From positions 1 through 50,012 of the IMG/VR virus record IMGVR_UViG_3300032239_001852: 50,012 nt of DNA, one strand, 5' to 3'. Positions 8,692 through 15,639 of this stretch are shown here, piece after piece; positions within the stretch are counted from its first letter, which is position 1; the number at the start of each line of letters is the position of its first letter. This DNA comes from a virus. Its lineage: Duplodnaviria; Caudoviricetes. The notes beneath the pieces are model-generated. The model was not told where the DNA came from and did not search any database. It worked only from the letters and a program-made list of their open reading frames with translations. The position numbers and the translations under genes were made by a program.

Positions 8692-9177
8692 ATGAACGGG
8701 GAGAAGAACCAGCACCGGATAATCGAGGTGCGGGCAGCAATCGCAGCGGTCAATGATTCGCTGACCGGTGAGGAGTTTGGCGAGGCCGCCCAGATCAACA
8801 CCGAGAACGGCGGAGGCCATCGCCTTGTCGTTGCGCCGGCGGCATTCTGGAACGATCACGCCTACCGCGACTGCGACAGCGACTCGGTCGAGGTGCGGTC
8901 ATCGGCTACCGATTGGAGCAACGATGACGGTTCCTATGTCGTCTTGGTGATGAGCGACGAGTTCTTGATGGAGTTGGTCTCGGACGCTGCCCACTACTCA
9001 AACGGCTGGGGTGAGGACTACGAGCCCCTGATGGAGTCGGCACGCCGTACCATCGTCGCGCTCTGGGAGCAGTTCCCGGCGATGATGAAGGATGATGCCG
9101 ACCTGCGGACGAGCCGCGACAACCTGCGCTGGTCGCTTGGCATTGAGCGCAACGATGTGGCGGTGATCACGGGCTAG
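8692..9177 (+). CDS. hypothetical acidic protein
   Basis: GAAGGAG RBS; own promoter and terminator. Confidence 0.8.
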   Translation: MNGEKNQHRIIEVRAAIAAVNDSLTGEEFGEAAQINTENGGGHRLVVAPAAFWNDHAYRDCDSDSVEVRSSATDWSNDDGSYVVLVMSDEFLMELVSDAAHYSNGWGEDYEPLMESARRTIVALWEQFPAMMKDDADLRTSRDNLRWSLGIERNDVAVITG

Positions 9178-9202
9178 CCAATAATCGACACTCGGGCAAC
9201 GA

Positions 9203-9230
9203 GAGGCCGCTCCTTCGGGGGCGGCCTTTC
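9203..9230 (+). terminator. intrinsic terminator (cUUCGg loop)
   Basis: AGGCCGCTCC-TTCG-GGGGCGGCCT followed by a T-rich tail. Confidence 0.75.
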
Positions 9231-9359
9231 TGTTGTCCGTTGATACCGGCGGCCAGTTTTTTTCACGCCCCTATACACGAGCCGGCCAGCCCCCCATACC
9301 CCCTTGGTTTCGGTTCCGAGTCGGCCAGTCGAGAGCCGGTCAATGGCTAGCGCCTCGGT

Positions 9360-9389
9360 TTGACTCGTGGCCGCGTGTGGGTGTAGACT
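9360..9389 (+). promoter_or_regulatory. sigma70-type promoter
   Basis: TTGACT-N18-TAGACT. Confidence 0.75.
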
Positions 9390-9437
9390 GGCAGCAGCCG
9401 GTCTGATGAACCGGCAAGCACAGAGAGGAGAACCGTT

Positions 9438-9905
9438 ATGGACTACACGGAAGCCCTAGCAGCAACGGCCAAGAGTAAAGGCCTCGTCGTCGTACTGACG
9501 GCGTGGAGCGCACCGACCAAGCCGAAGGAGTTCGAGGATCGGGCAACGGCCGCAGCCGGCCGGCAGGCCGACCATCGCGCCCTAGGCCGAGTCAAGGCGA
9601 CCGGCGAGGCCTTCACCGATGAGCAGGGGCGCATTACCTTCCAGTTCAAGGTGGCCGGCCAAGTGAACCGCGACGTTCACCCTGCCGGTGTGTACCTGAC
9701 CAAGAAGGGCGAGCCTTGCGTGGACATTGTGGTATCTGCGCCGACGGAGTACGGCTACAAGACGGCCTGCCCCAATGCCGGCAAAGCGGGAACCGCGTGC
9801 GTCAAGCGCCGGCCGTTCCATTGCCACCGCACCATCAACCTCACCCGGCTCGTGTCGTGGCTGATTGCCGGAGAGGAGCAGGTCAGCCGGCAGCAGGGCT
9901 GCTAG
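9438..9905 (+). CDS. unknown Cys/His protein, paralog B
   Basis: Clear similarity to paralogs A and C; GAGGAG RBS. Confidence 0.9.
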   Translation: MDYTEALAATAKSKGLVVVLTAWSAPTKPKEFEDRATAAAGRQADHRALGRVKATGEAFTDEQGRITFQFKVAGQVNRDVHPAGVYLTKKGEPCVDIVVSAPTEYGYKTACPNAGKAGTACVKRRPFHCHRTINLTRLVSWLIAGEEQVSRQQGC

Positions 9906-9927
9906 TCGTCGCCGGCCTCGGCCGGTC

Positions 9928-9964
9928 GCCCCGTCGTCGGTGTCGTGCCGGCGGCGGGGCTTCT
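9928..9964 (+). terminator. intrinsic terminator
   Basis: GCCCCGTCGTCGG-loop-CCGGCGGCGGGGC-TTCT. Confidence 0.65.
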
Positions 9965-10199
9965 CATTGCCCGTGTGTCGATTTTTTCCCGTACCTATTA
10001 GGCCTGCCGGATTCCCCCCATACCCCCCACGTTTTTTTCAGGCCGGTATTAGGCCGCCGTCATTCCCCCCCATACCCCCTTTCATTCATTAGTTCATTCT
10101 TCATTCCTCTATACATACGCAGCTACACGCGTGAATGGCCTATGTCGATGAGCGGTCAGCACCCGTGATTGGCCTATCCTCATGGCACGGGCAACGTAT

Positions 10200-10227
10200 T
10201 TGACTTGGCCTATGGGTGTGGGATACT
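10200..10227 (+). promoter_or_regulatory. sigma70-type promoter
   Basis: TTGACT-N16-GATACT. Confidence 0.5.
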
Positions 10228-10276
10228 TGACTCCTCGGCGGCCTTGCTTCGCTGAGTAGCACAGAGGAGGTTCCGA

Positions 10277-10657
10277 ATGTTTCGGTTCCTAGTGTTCGTA
10301 CCAAAGCCCGACACCGGTGGCGGTCAGCGGGTCAATCTGGCGAGCGGGTGGTCGTATGACGAAACCGAGGCCGAGGCCTTCGGTGATGTGATGCCCACGG
10401 TTCGAGGGATGATTCAGGCAATCGGCGCGGCGCTTGAGATTGACTCGGTTCGTGAGTTCGGCACCGAGTCCGACTCCGAAGAAGCCGCTCCTGCTTGGGC
10501 TGTTGAGGTGATGACCGAAGCCGGTGTTGATGGCCTGAACGGATCGTGGGTTGAGCTGGACGGCAAGCCGTTGGCACTCGTCGTAGCCGTAGGTCATTCG
10601 CTCACGCTCGGCGAGGACGAGATGGCGCGCGCGCTGTATCAGGCATCGCACGAGTAG
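10277..10657 (+). CDS. hypothetical acidic protein
   Basis: GCACAGAGGAGG leader/RBS; own terminator. Confidence 0.8.
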   Translation: MFRFLVFVPKPDTGGGQRVNLASGWSYDETEAEAFGDVMPTVRGMIQAIGAALEIDSVREFGTESDSEEAAPAWAVEVMTEAGVDGLNGSWVELDGKPLALVVAVGHSLTLGEDEMARALYQASHE

Positions 10658-10680
10658 CCGCTCCGGCTGGGGGCAACTGA

Positions 10681-10717
10681 GGCCACCCTCACCCTTCGGG
10701 GTGGGGGTGGTTTCTTT
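10681..10717 (+). terminator. intrinsic terminator (CCCTCACCC-TTCG-GGGTGGGG family)
   Basis: UUCG hairpin with T-rich tail; near-identical copies at 11378 and 12251. Confidence 0.8.
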
Positions 10718-10947
10718 ATGCGCGCTCATTGACCGAGTCTCGAGTTTCCCCCATACCCCCGCACATGAAGCGGGCATCGTTTTTTCCACGGGCTATTACT
10801 GGACTAACATTCCCCCCCATACCCCCTTCTATTCATTCGGTTATCTATTAGGCATACCTATTACGCGCAGCTCTACACGCATCATTCCTGGTGCGCGGGC
10901 AGCGATGTCGAGACTTGGGCAACGCGCTGGGGCTCTGATGGCTGGAC

Positions 10948-10977
10948 TTGCATTGACCCCGACCGGCCGCGTACAAT
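10948..10977 (+). promoter_or_regulatory. sigma70-type promoter
   Basis: TTGCAT-N18-TACAAT. Confidence 0.65.
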
Positions 10978-11020
10978 GGCAAAGCCAGCAGTTGCTGGTG
11001 GCACAGCTAGGAGGACAGTC

Positions 11021-11353
11021 ATGGCAGAGAAGATGTTCCGGGTGGAGATCGTCAAGGACGGGGAGACCATCCGCCGCTGGTTCCGTCAGCATCACCACGC
11101 CGAGGAGTACCTCATCGAGTTCGCGGTCGTCGAGTTTGGTGGCGTTCGGCCGGCATCGGGCAACGACGCCCGTGAGGTCATCCTCGACAGCGACAGCGTG
11201 GCATGGTGCTCGTTGGATGAAGTCGAAGCTCAGGAGGTTGGGGCTTGCCCCTCTTGCGACATCCAGGGCGGCTGGGACGGCGGCTACTGCGAGCCGTGCG
11301 GCTACCAGTTCGGCAGCCTGACGGACGACGACGGCGAGCCGCTCGTTCGCTAA
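11021..11353 (+). CDS. hypothetical protein with C-terminal zinc ribbon
   Basis: AGGAGGACA RBS; CPSC...CEPCG. Confidence 0.8.
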   Translation: MAEKMFRVEIVKDGETIRRWFRQHHHAEEYLIEFAVVEFGGVRPASGNDAREVILDSDSVAWCSLDEVEAQEVGACPSCDIQGGWDGGYCEPCGYQFGSLTDDDGEPLVR

Positions 11354-11377
11354 CGCTGACCGCACCCGGCCAGCATC

Positions 11378-11409
11378 GAAGCCCTCACCCTTCGGGGTGG
11401 GGGCTTCTT
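11378..11409 (+). terminator. intrinsic terminator
   Basis: GAAGCCCTCACCC-TTCG-GGGTGGGGGCTTC-TT. Confidence 0.8.
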
Positions 11410-11721
11410 GTTGCCCGCTGATCGATTTTTTCATGACCCTATTGTGGGCTCGACTCTTCCCCCCATACCCCCGCTGTTGCCCTGTACCGGCCGCGCGGAT
11501 GTTTGTTCATGCCGCTATGTCGAGACTCGGTCAATCCCCCCATACCCCCGCGATGCGAGCTCGCAGGTTTTTTCTGTGGGCTATTACTCCAAACATATTC
11601 CCCCCCATACCCCTTCTATTCTTTGTTCATCTATATATCCTTCCCTACGCATTCGTACCAGGCTTCACCGGTGAACAGGCAGCATCTATCGGCGGTCGGC
11701 GTTGCGCCTGGTGAGCCGCAG

Positions 11722-11750
11722 TTGCATTGTTGCCCGTGTGCCGGTAATCT
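11722..11750 (+). promoter_or_regulatory. sigma70-type promoter with operator-like motif in the spacer
   Basis: TTGCAT-N17-TAATCT; GTTGCCCGTGTGCCGGT at 11729-11745. Confidence 0.65.
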
Positions 11751-11801
11751 CTACCTAGTACGGCGGCCATGTTCCGTCGTCAAGCACAGAGGAGGTCAGA
11801 G

Positions 11802-12227
11802 ATGACCGCAGCAACAGAGGCCAAGTGGCGCATGACCGGCGAGTGGGCAACTGCCGCCAACATCACGGGTACGGCGTGGCGTTCGGCCGACGGCTTCACC
11901 TTCGACGAGGTGAACGAGGAAGGCCTGGTTTACCGCTACTCGATGATCGTGATCGCCGCCGATGGCGTCCACGCTTCGGAGGTTCGGGCGAAGGCGTGCT
12001 ACGGCCTCGTCAATGCGTTCGCCGTCAATCACAGCGTAGACGAGTGGAACGATCAGGTGCTCGCCGGCCTTCGGGCAGCGGCTCGGCTCGGCATCACGGG
12101 GGAAGTCGATCTCTGCGTGAAGCATCAGTTGCTGGACTGCGACGAGATGTATCACGCCGCAGCGGTTCTCTTGGAGAATGAGGACGAGGACAACTGCGAC
12201 TCTTGCGACAAGGCCGCGACGATCTAG
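11802..12227 (+). CDS. hypothetical protein (CxxH...CxxC)
   Basis: GCACAGAGGAGG leader/RBS. Confidence 0.8.
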   Translation: MTAATEAKWRMTGEWATAANITGTAWRSADGFTFDEVNEEGLVYRYSMIVIAADGVHASEVRAKACYGLVNAFAVNHSVDEWNDQVLAGLRAAARLGITGEVDLCVKHQLLDCDEMYHAAAVLLENEDEDNCDSCDKAATI

Positions 12228-12250
12228 CCCCATACCGGCGAACGGGCAGC

Positions 12251-12280
12251 AAGGCCTCACCCTTCGGGGTGGGGCTTTGT
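12251..12280 (+). terminator. intrinsic terminator
   Basis: AAGGCCTCACCC-TTCG-GGGTGGGGCTTT. Confidence 0.75.
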
Positions 12281-12612
12281 TGTTGTTGGGGCTGCTACTG
12301 CTCGGCCTCAGTTTCCCCCATACCCCCGCTCTGTCGATGCTTGGGCAACGCGCACCCGGTGAACGGGCATCATTTTTTTAGGCTGCTATTAGTCTTCTAT
12401 TGTTCCCCCCCATACCCCCGTCGTTGTTGTTGCAGCTTCATTCGTTATGGTTGTTGGGCGTAGGCGAGGCGATACCGGCGAACGGGCATCATCGCTGGGG
12501 TGGCGTTGCGCCTGATGCGTCGTGGTTGCGTTGGGGCGTGCGATCTGCGAGAATCTGGTTGTCGGGGAACACAGACGGAGCCGCTTGGTTCCGCTCCGAC
12601 AGGGAGAACACA

Positions 12613-13095
12613 ATGGCAGGGATGACCTACGCAGCGGGACTCGCCGCAGCCGCCAAGAGTGGCGGCAAGATCGTCAAGGTCGAGGCGTGGAGCGCGCCGA
12701 CCAGCGTTCAGGAGAAGGCACGCCGCGAGGCGAACGCCGCCGCCAACTTCGCCGACCATCGCGCGCTCGGTCGAGTCAAGATCACAGGCGAAGCGTTCAG
12801 CACGCCGAAGGGCGAGGTGTTCCACTTCTCCGTGGTCGGTCAGGTGAATCGTGATGTCCACGCCACGGGTGTGTATCTCACCAAGAAGGGCGAGCCCGTG
12901 GTCGATCTCGTCGTGATGGCTCCGACCGAGTACGGCTACACGGTCGCTTGTCCGAACGCAGGGAAGGCGGGGTCAGCGTGCGAGAAGCGACGACCCTTCC
13001 ACTCCCACCGAACGGTGAACCTCACCCGCTTGACGGCGTGGATCATCGGCGGCGAGTCGCAGCCTCTCGGCGAAGGCTCCCCGCTCGGCTGCTAG
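12613..13095 (+). CDS. unknown Cys/His protein, paralog C
   Basis: AGGGAG RBS before ATG 12613; aligns from its N-terminus with paralogs A and B. Confidence 0.9.
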   Translation: MAGMTYAAGLAAAAKSGGKIVKVEAWSAPTSVQEKARREANAAANFADHRALGRVKITGEAFSTPKGEVFHFSVVGQVNRDVHATGVYLTKKGEPVVDLVVMAPTEYGYTVACPNAGKAGSACEKRRPFHSHRTVNLTRLTAWIIGGESQPLGEGSPLGC

Positions 13096-13110
13096 GCGGT
13101 CGGTTGCAAC

Positions 13111-13142
13111 GAAGCCTCGTCCCTTCGGGGGCGGGGCTTCTT
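13111..13142 (+). terminator. intrinsic terminator
   Basis: GAAGCCTCGTCCC-TTCG-GGGGCGGGGCTTC-TT. Confidence 0.75.
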
Positions 13143-13279
13143 GCTTTCGTAGCTACTTTTTTTCGCGCCTTATTATGTTGTTTGTTATCCCCCCCATACC
13201 CCCGCGCATGGTTGACCGCGCGCCGGGCGGCGGCCCGTCGAAGGGCGGTCAGCGGCTCGGTTGGGCTAGGTGGTCGCGT

Positions 13280-13308
13280 TTGACTTGGTCGCATGGGTGT
13301 CGTAATCT
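13280..13308 (+). promoter_or_regulatory. sigma70-type promoter
   Basis: TTGACT-N17-TAATCT. Confidence 0.8.
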
Positions 13309-13358
13309 TCAAGTGTCGGAGGTAGGCACAGACCCGAACCGACAGAAGGAGCAAACAG

Positions 13359-13586
13359 ATGAGCAAGGTAGCGCAGGTGCTAATGATCGCGGTGGTCGCG
13401 GTGTCGGCTCTTGGACTCGGCGCAGCCTTCGGCTATGCCGGCGGTATCGGCTTGGTGGTCGGCGAGTTCGCGTTCTGGGTCAGCCCAGGGATGGCAATCA
13501 TCGGCGGCTTCGCAGGTTTCGGACTCTTCGTGGCGGCGTGGATCGTTGGCGATGAGGTCGGGATGCGACTGAACCGCGCCGACTAG
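13359..13586 (+). CDS. small membrane protein (about 2 TM segments)
   Basis: Gly-rich hydrophobic sequence; AAGGAG RBS. Confidence 0.75.
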   Translation: MSKVAQVLMIAVVAVSALGLGAAFGYAGGIGLVVGEFAFWVSPGMAIIGGFAGFGLFVAAWIVGDEVGMRLNRAD

Positions 13587-13601
13587 TAGACCCAAACAAT
13601 C

Positions 13602-13632
13602 AGCCCCGCCCCCACGGGGGGTGGGGCTTTTT
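13602..13632 (+). terminator. intrinsic terminator ending the early arm
   Basis: AGCCCCGCCCC-loop-GGGGTGGGGCT-TTTT. Confidence 0.8.
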
Positions 13633-13843
13633 GTTGCCCGATGATAGCTGCTGCCCGTATGCCGGCTGCCCGCCGTTGGCCGTAGATCGACATAGCCCGC
13701 CCCAACCCCTCGCCCAGACCCGATCAGCCCCGCCCGTGCGCGTTCACTGGGAGCAAATCAACATTTCACCAGATCCCCTCAACCCCTCTCCCCACAACAA
13801 CAGCTGGGGGCAACAAGAGAAGCCTGGATTTTTTTAAAATACC

Positions 13844-13919
13844 TGGTGGGGATGCCTGGGCTCGAACCAGGAACCGCCGAGATATAAGCTCTTTGCTCTA
13901 ACCATTGAGCTACATCCCC
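13844..13919 (-). tRNA. tRNA-Ile (UAU), with a weak anticodon stem
   Basis: Cloverleaf GGGGATG...CATCCCC-ACCA; loop CTTATAT; T-loop TTCGAGC. Confidence 0.75.
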
Positions 13920-13924
13920 GAAGA

Positions 13925-13999
13925 TGGAGAGCCGAGTGGGGATCGAACCCACGACCTAGGGCTTAAAAGACCCCTACTCTACCGCTGAGCTACCGGCCC
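13925..13999 (-). tRNA. tRNA-Lys (UUU)
   Basis: Cloverleaf; loop CTTTTAA; encoded CCA. Confidence 0.9.
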
Positions 14000-14002
14000 G
14001 TA

Positions 14003-14077
14003 TGGCTCCGGAGGTAGGGCTCGAACCTACGACCAGGCGATTAACAGTCGCCCGCTCTACCACTGAGCTACTCCGGA
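14003..14077 (-). tRNA. tRNA-Asn (GUU)
   Basis: Cloverleaf TCCGGAG...CTCCGGA-GCCA; GGCGA-CTGTTAA-TCGCC. Confidence 0.95.
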
Positions 14078-14463
14078 ATGCGTCCATTATAGTACTTGCA
14101 CGTCCGACACTCACGTTCACCATTGGGATATCGGTACGTATTCTCTGGCGTATATTCGTGTCCATGAATGCAGTGGGTTTTTCGCTCCTGAGCAGCAAGG
14201 CCACGCTGGACGTTGACTTTTCGCGTGACTGCCTCTAGATGTTCTGGACTGACACACTTTCGAACGCGACAGAGGTGATCGATGTCCAACCCCTTCGGTG
14301 GCTCGCCCTTGAAATAGCGGTAGCTCCACCGGTGTGAATTGATTTTTTTGCCCTGATCCTTGAATGCACCATACCCACTCCGGTCAAAGGCTCCGGTCCA
14401 CTCCCAGCAGCCGTTGGCCTGGTTGATTTCGACGTAGTGCATGAACCGTGAGACAGACTTCAT
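14068..14463 (-). CDS. HNH homing endonuclease (HNH_3 type with C-terminal Zn domain)
   Basis: CWEWTG...GYG...HRWSY...DHLCRVRKCVSPEHL...KTHCIHGH...CRTC. Confidence 0.9.
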   Translation of the reverse strand: MKSVSRFMHYVEINQANGCWEWTGAFDRSGYGAFKDQGKKINSHRWSYRYFKGEPPKGLDIDHLCRVRKCVSPEHLEAVTRKVNVQRGLAAQERKTHCIHGHEYTPENTYRYPNGERECRTCKYYNGRIPE

Positions 14464-14591
14464 CGGGAGAGTATAGGGGTGCCGGACAGTTCTTGCAACG
14501 TTTTGGTTTAGGGCAGCGAGAACAGGGCTTTTTAGGGCTGCTAGAAGGGTGATTTGCGCCACGGAGAGCGGACTTTTCCCCCATCCTTGTG

Positions 14592-14897
14592 TCAGAGCCC
14601 AAATCGTCGCATAAGCTCCTCTGCAGCGACGAGTCCGTTGAGCTGCTTTGGCGCCGCATCCGCACGCTCGTAGTAGAGGATAAAGGGGATGCTCTTGATG
14701 TCGTAGGATTGAACAAGCTCTGCATGCTTGTCAACGTTGATCTTGACGATGTTGAGTGCCGGACGCAGCACCTTGAGTCGCTCAAGCTCTTTGCTGATGG
14801 CCTTGCACGGCTGGCACCAATCTGCGTAAAAGTCCAGGACCGTCGGCCCCTTCTTGAGTTCAGCGGCGATGTTCAGGGTATGGGTTGCCTTTGGCAT
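14592..14897 (-). CDS. trxA: thioredoxin
   Basis: DFYADWCQPCK...KINVD...IKSIP; AAGGAG RBS before ATG 14897. Confidence 0.9.
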   Translation of the reverse strand: MPKATHTLNIAAELKKGPTVLDFYADWCQPCKAISKELERLKVLRPALNIVKINVDKHAELVQSYDIKSIPFILYYERADAAPKQLNGLVAAEELMRRFGL

Positions 14898-15034
14898 GTT
14901 GGTGCTCCTTACAGATGGGACAGCAAAGGGGCTGGATTTCTCCAACCCCTCTGTGTGGTGGATAGTACCTAGTACAGCCCCTACCAAAATTTAAAAAATT
15001 TTAGCTACGCTGCGCGAGGACCCCGAATAGTACG

Positions 15035-15256
15035 TTAGTTGGCCTTGCTTCGTCCAGACCCTGATGTACCAATCTTGTGTGAGGAGTTTTCCACCGGTTC
15101 GGTCATTCGATTCGCTATTTTGGCCATAACGTCGAGCAACCCAGATAGTTCAACCATGACCGAGTGAGTAAGTGTGTTTTTTTCCTTACCCTCTGGCATG
15201 GATAACGCACGTTTAACATCGGCTGAGATCTTTTGTAGATCAAACTCTTTTGGCAT
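15035..15256 (-). CDS. hypothetical protein
   Basis: Translationally coupled to ssb. Confidence 0.6.
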   Translation of the reverse strand: MPKEFDLQKISADVKRALSMPEGKEKNTLTHSVMVELSGLLDVMAKIANRMTEPVENSSHKIGTSGSGRSKAN

Positions 15257-15639
15257 TAGAATGGAAGCTCCTCAAGTGACTCTTGCATGGTTGCACGTGA
15301 GGACTCTCCCTCATCCTTGCCCTTGCCTGAACGCTTGAGGACCTGGATGAATTTTGCGGTGATGGCAATTTCCGTGTGTTCGACCTCATTCTTGTCGGTC
15401 CACGATGAAATTTCCGGCGTTCCTTCAATCCAAATCAAATCGCCCTTCTGGACGATCTTGTCAGCAAGCTCTGCCCGGCCATCCCAACAGGCGATTGGAT
15501 ACCACGTCGACTTCTCCTCGCCGTTAGCATCCTTTGAGCCGTGGACTGCAACGTTGAAGTTCGCCACCTGGCGGCCCTTCTGTGTTGCGCGAATCTGCGG
15601 CTTTGCACCGACATAACCAATCAACTGAACCTTAATCAT
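15256..15639 (-). CDS. ssb: single-stranded DNA-binding protein
   Basis: VQLIGYVG...VANFNVA...TWY...KGDLIWIEG; acidic tail ending ELPF. Confidence 0.92.
   Translation of the reverse strand: MIKVQLIGYVGAKPQIRATQKGRQVANFNVAVHGSKDANGEEKSTWYPIACWDGRAELADKIVQKGDLIWIEGTPEISSWTDKNEVEHTEIAITAKFIQVLKRSGKGKDEGESSRATMQESLEELPF

Larger units (their letters stand above)
4428..13203 (+). repeat. dispersed intergenic repeat CCCCCATACCCCC (18 copies, same orientation), usually part of a ~47-bp tripartite element
   Basis: C-boxes start at 4428, 6486, 7671, 7721, 7769 (ACA variant), 8499, 8552, 9290, 10014, 10065, 10748, 10812, 11459, 11536, 11600, 12315, 12405, 13189. Confidence 0.95.

Noticed and set aside
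7863-9415. Hammerhead ribozymes at the CTGATGA motifs
   Set aside because: CTGATGA forms a simple hairpin loop; the downstream stem II and GAAA core are missing.
12400-12612. N-terminal extension of paralog C (231-aa call)
   Set aside because: It begins inside the repeat; alignment with paralogs A and B and the RBS support ATG 12613.
4428-13203. CRISPR or TIGR-type guide array
   Set aside because: Copies occur only 1-3 at a time between genes. There is no long regular repeat-spacer run, and no cas or Nop-domain gene was seen. The PD-(D/E)XK nuclease sits in a recombination operon.
4300-13640. Classical integron with attC sites
   Set aside because: No RYYYAAC...GTTRRRY palindromic sites and no tyrosine integrase were seen; the cassettes carry their own promoters.
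7519-13837. ORF-track entries spanning the intergenic regions (e.g. 7519-7872, 9865-10092, 10701-11321, 11397-11714, 12203-12463, 13175-13555)
   Set aside because: Their PPYP/PPIP/PHTP motifs are translations of the DNA repeat. They cross terminators and promoters and lack an RBS.
13633-13843. Genome terminus or origin at the convergence of the early arm and the tRNAs
   Set aside because: The stretch is C-rich and non-coding, but shows no iterons, terminal repeat or cos-like feature that I can support without read data.
13974-14238. ORFs 13974-14204 and 14002-14238
   Set aside because: Shadows of the tRNA genes and the HNH gene.
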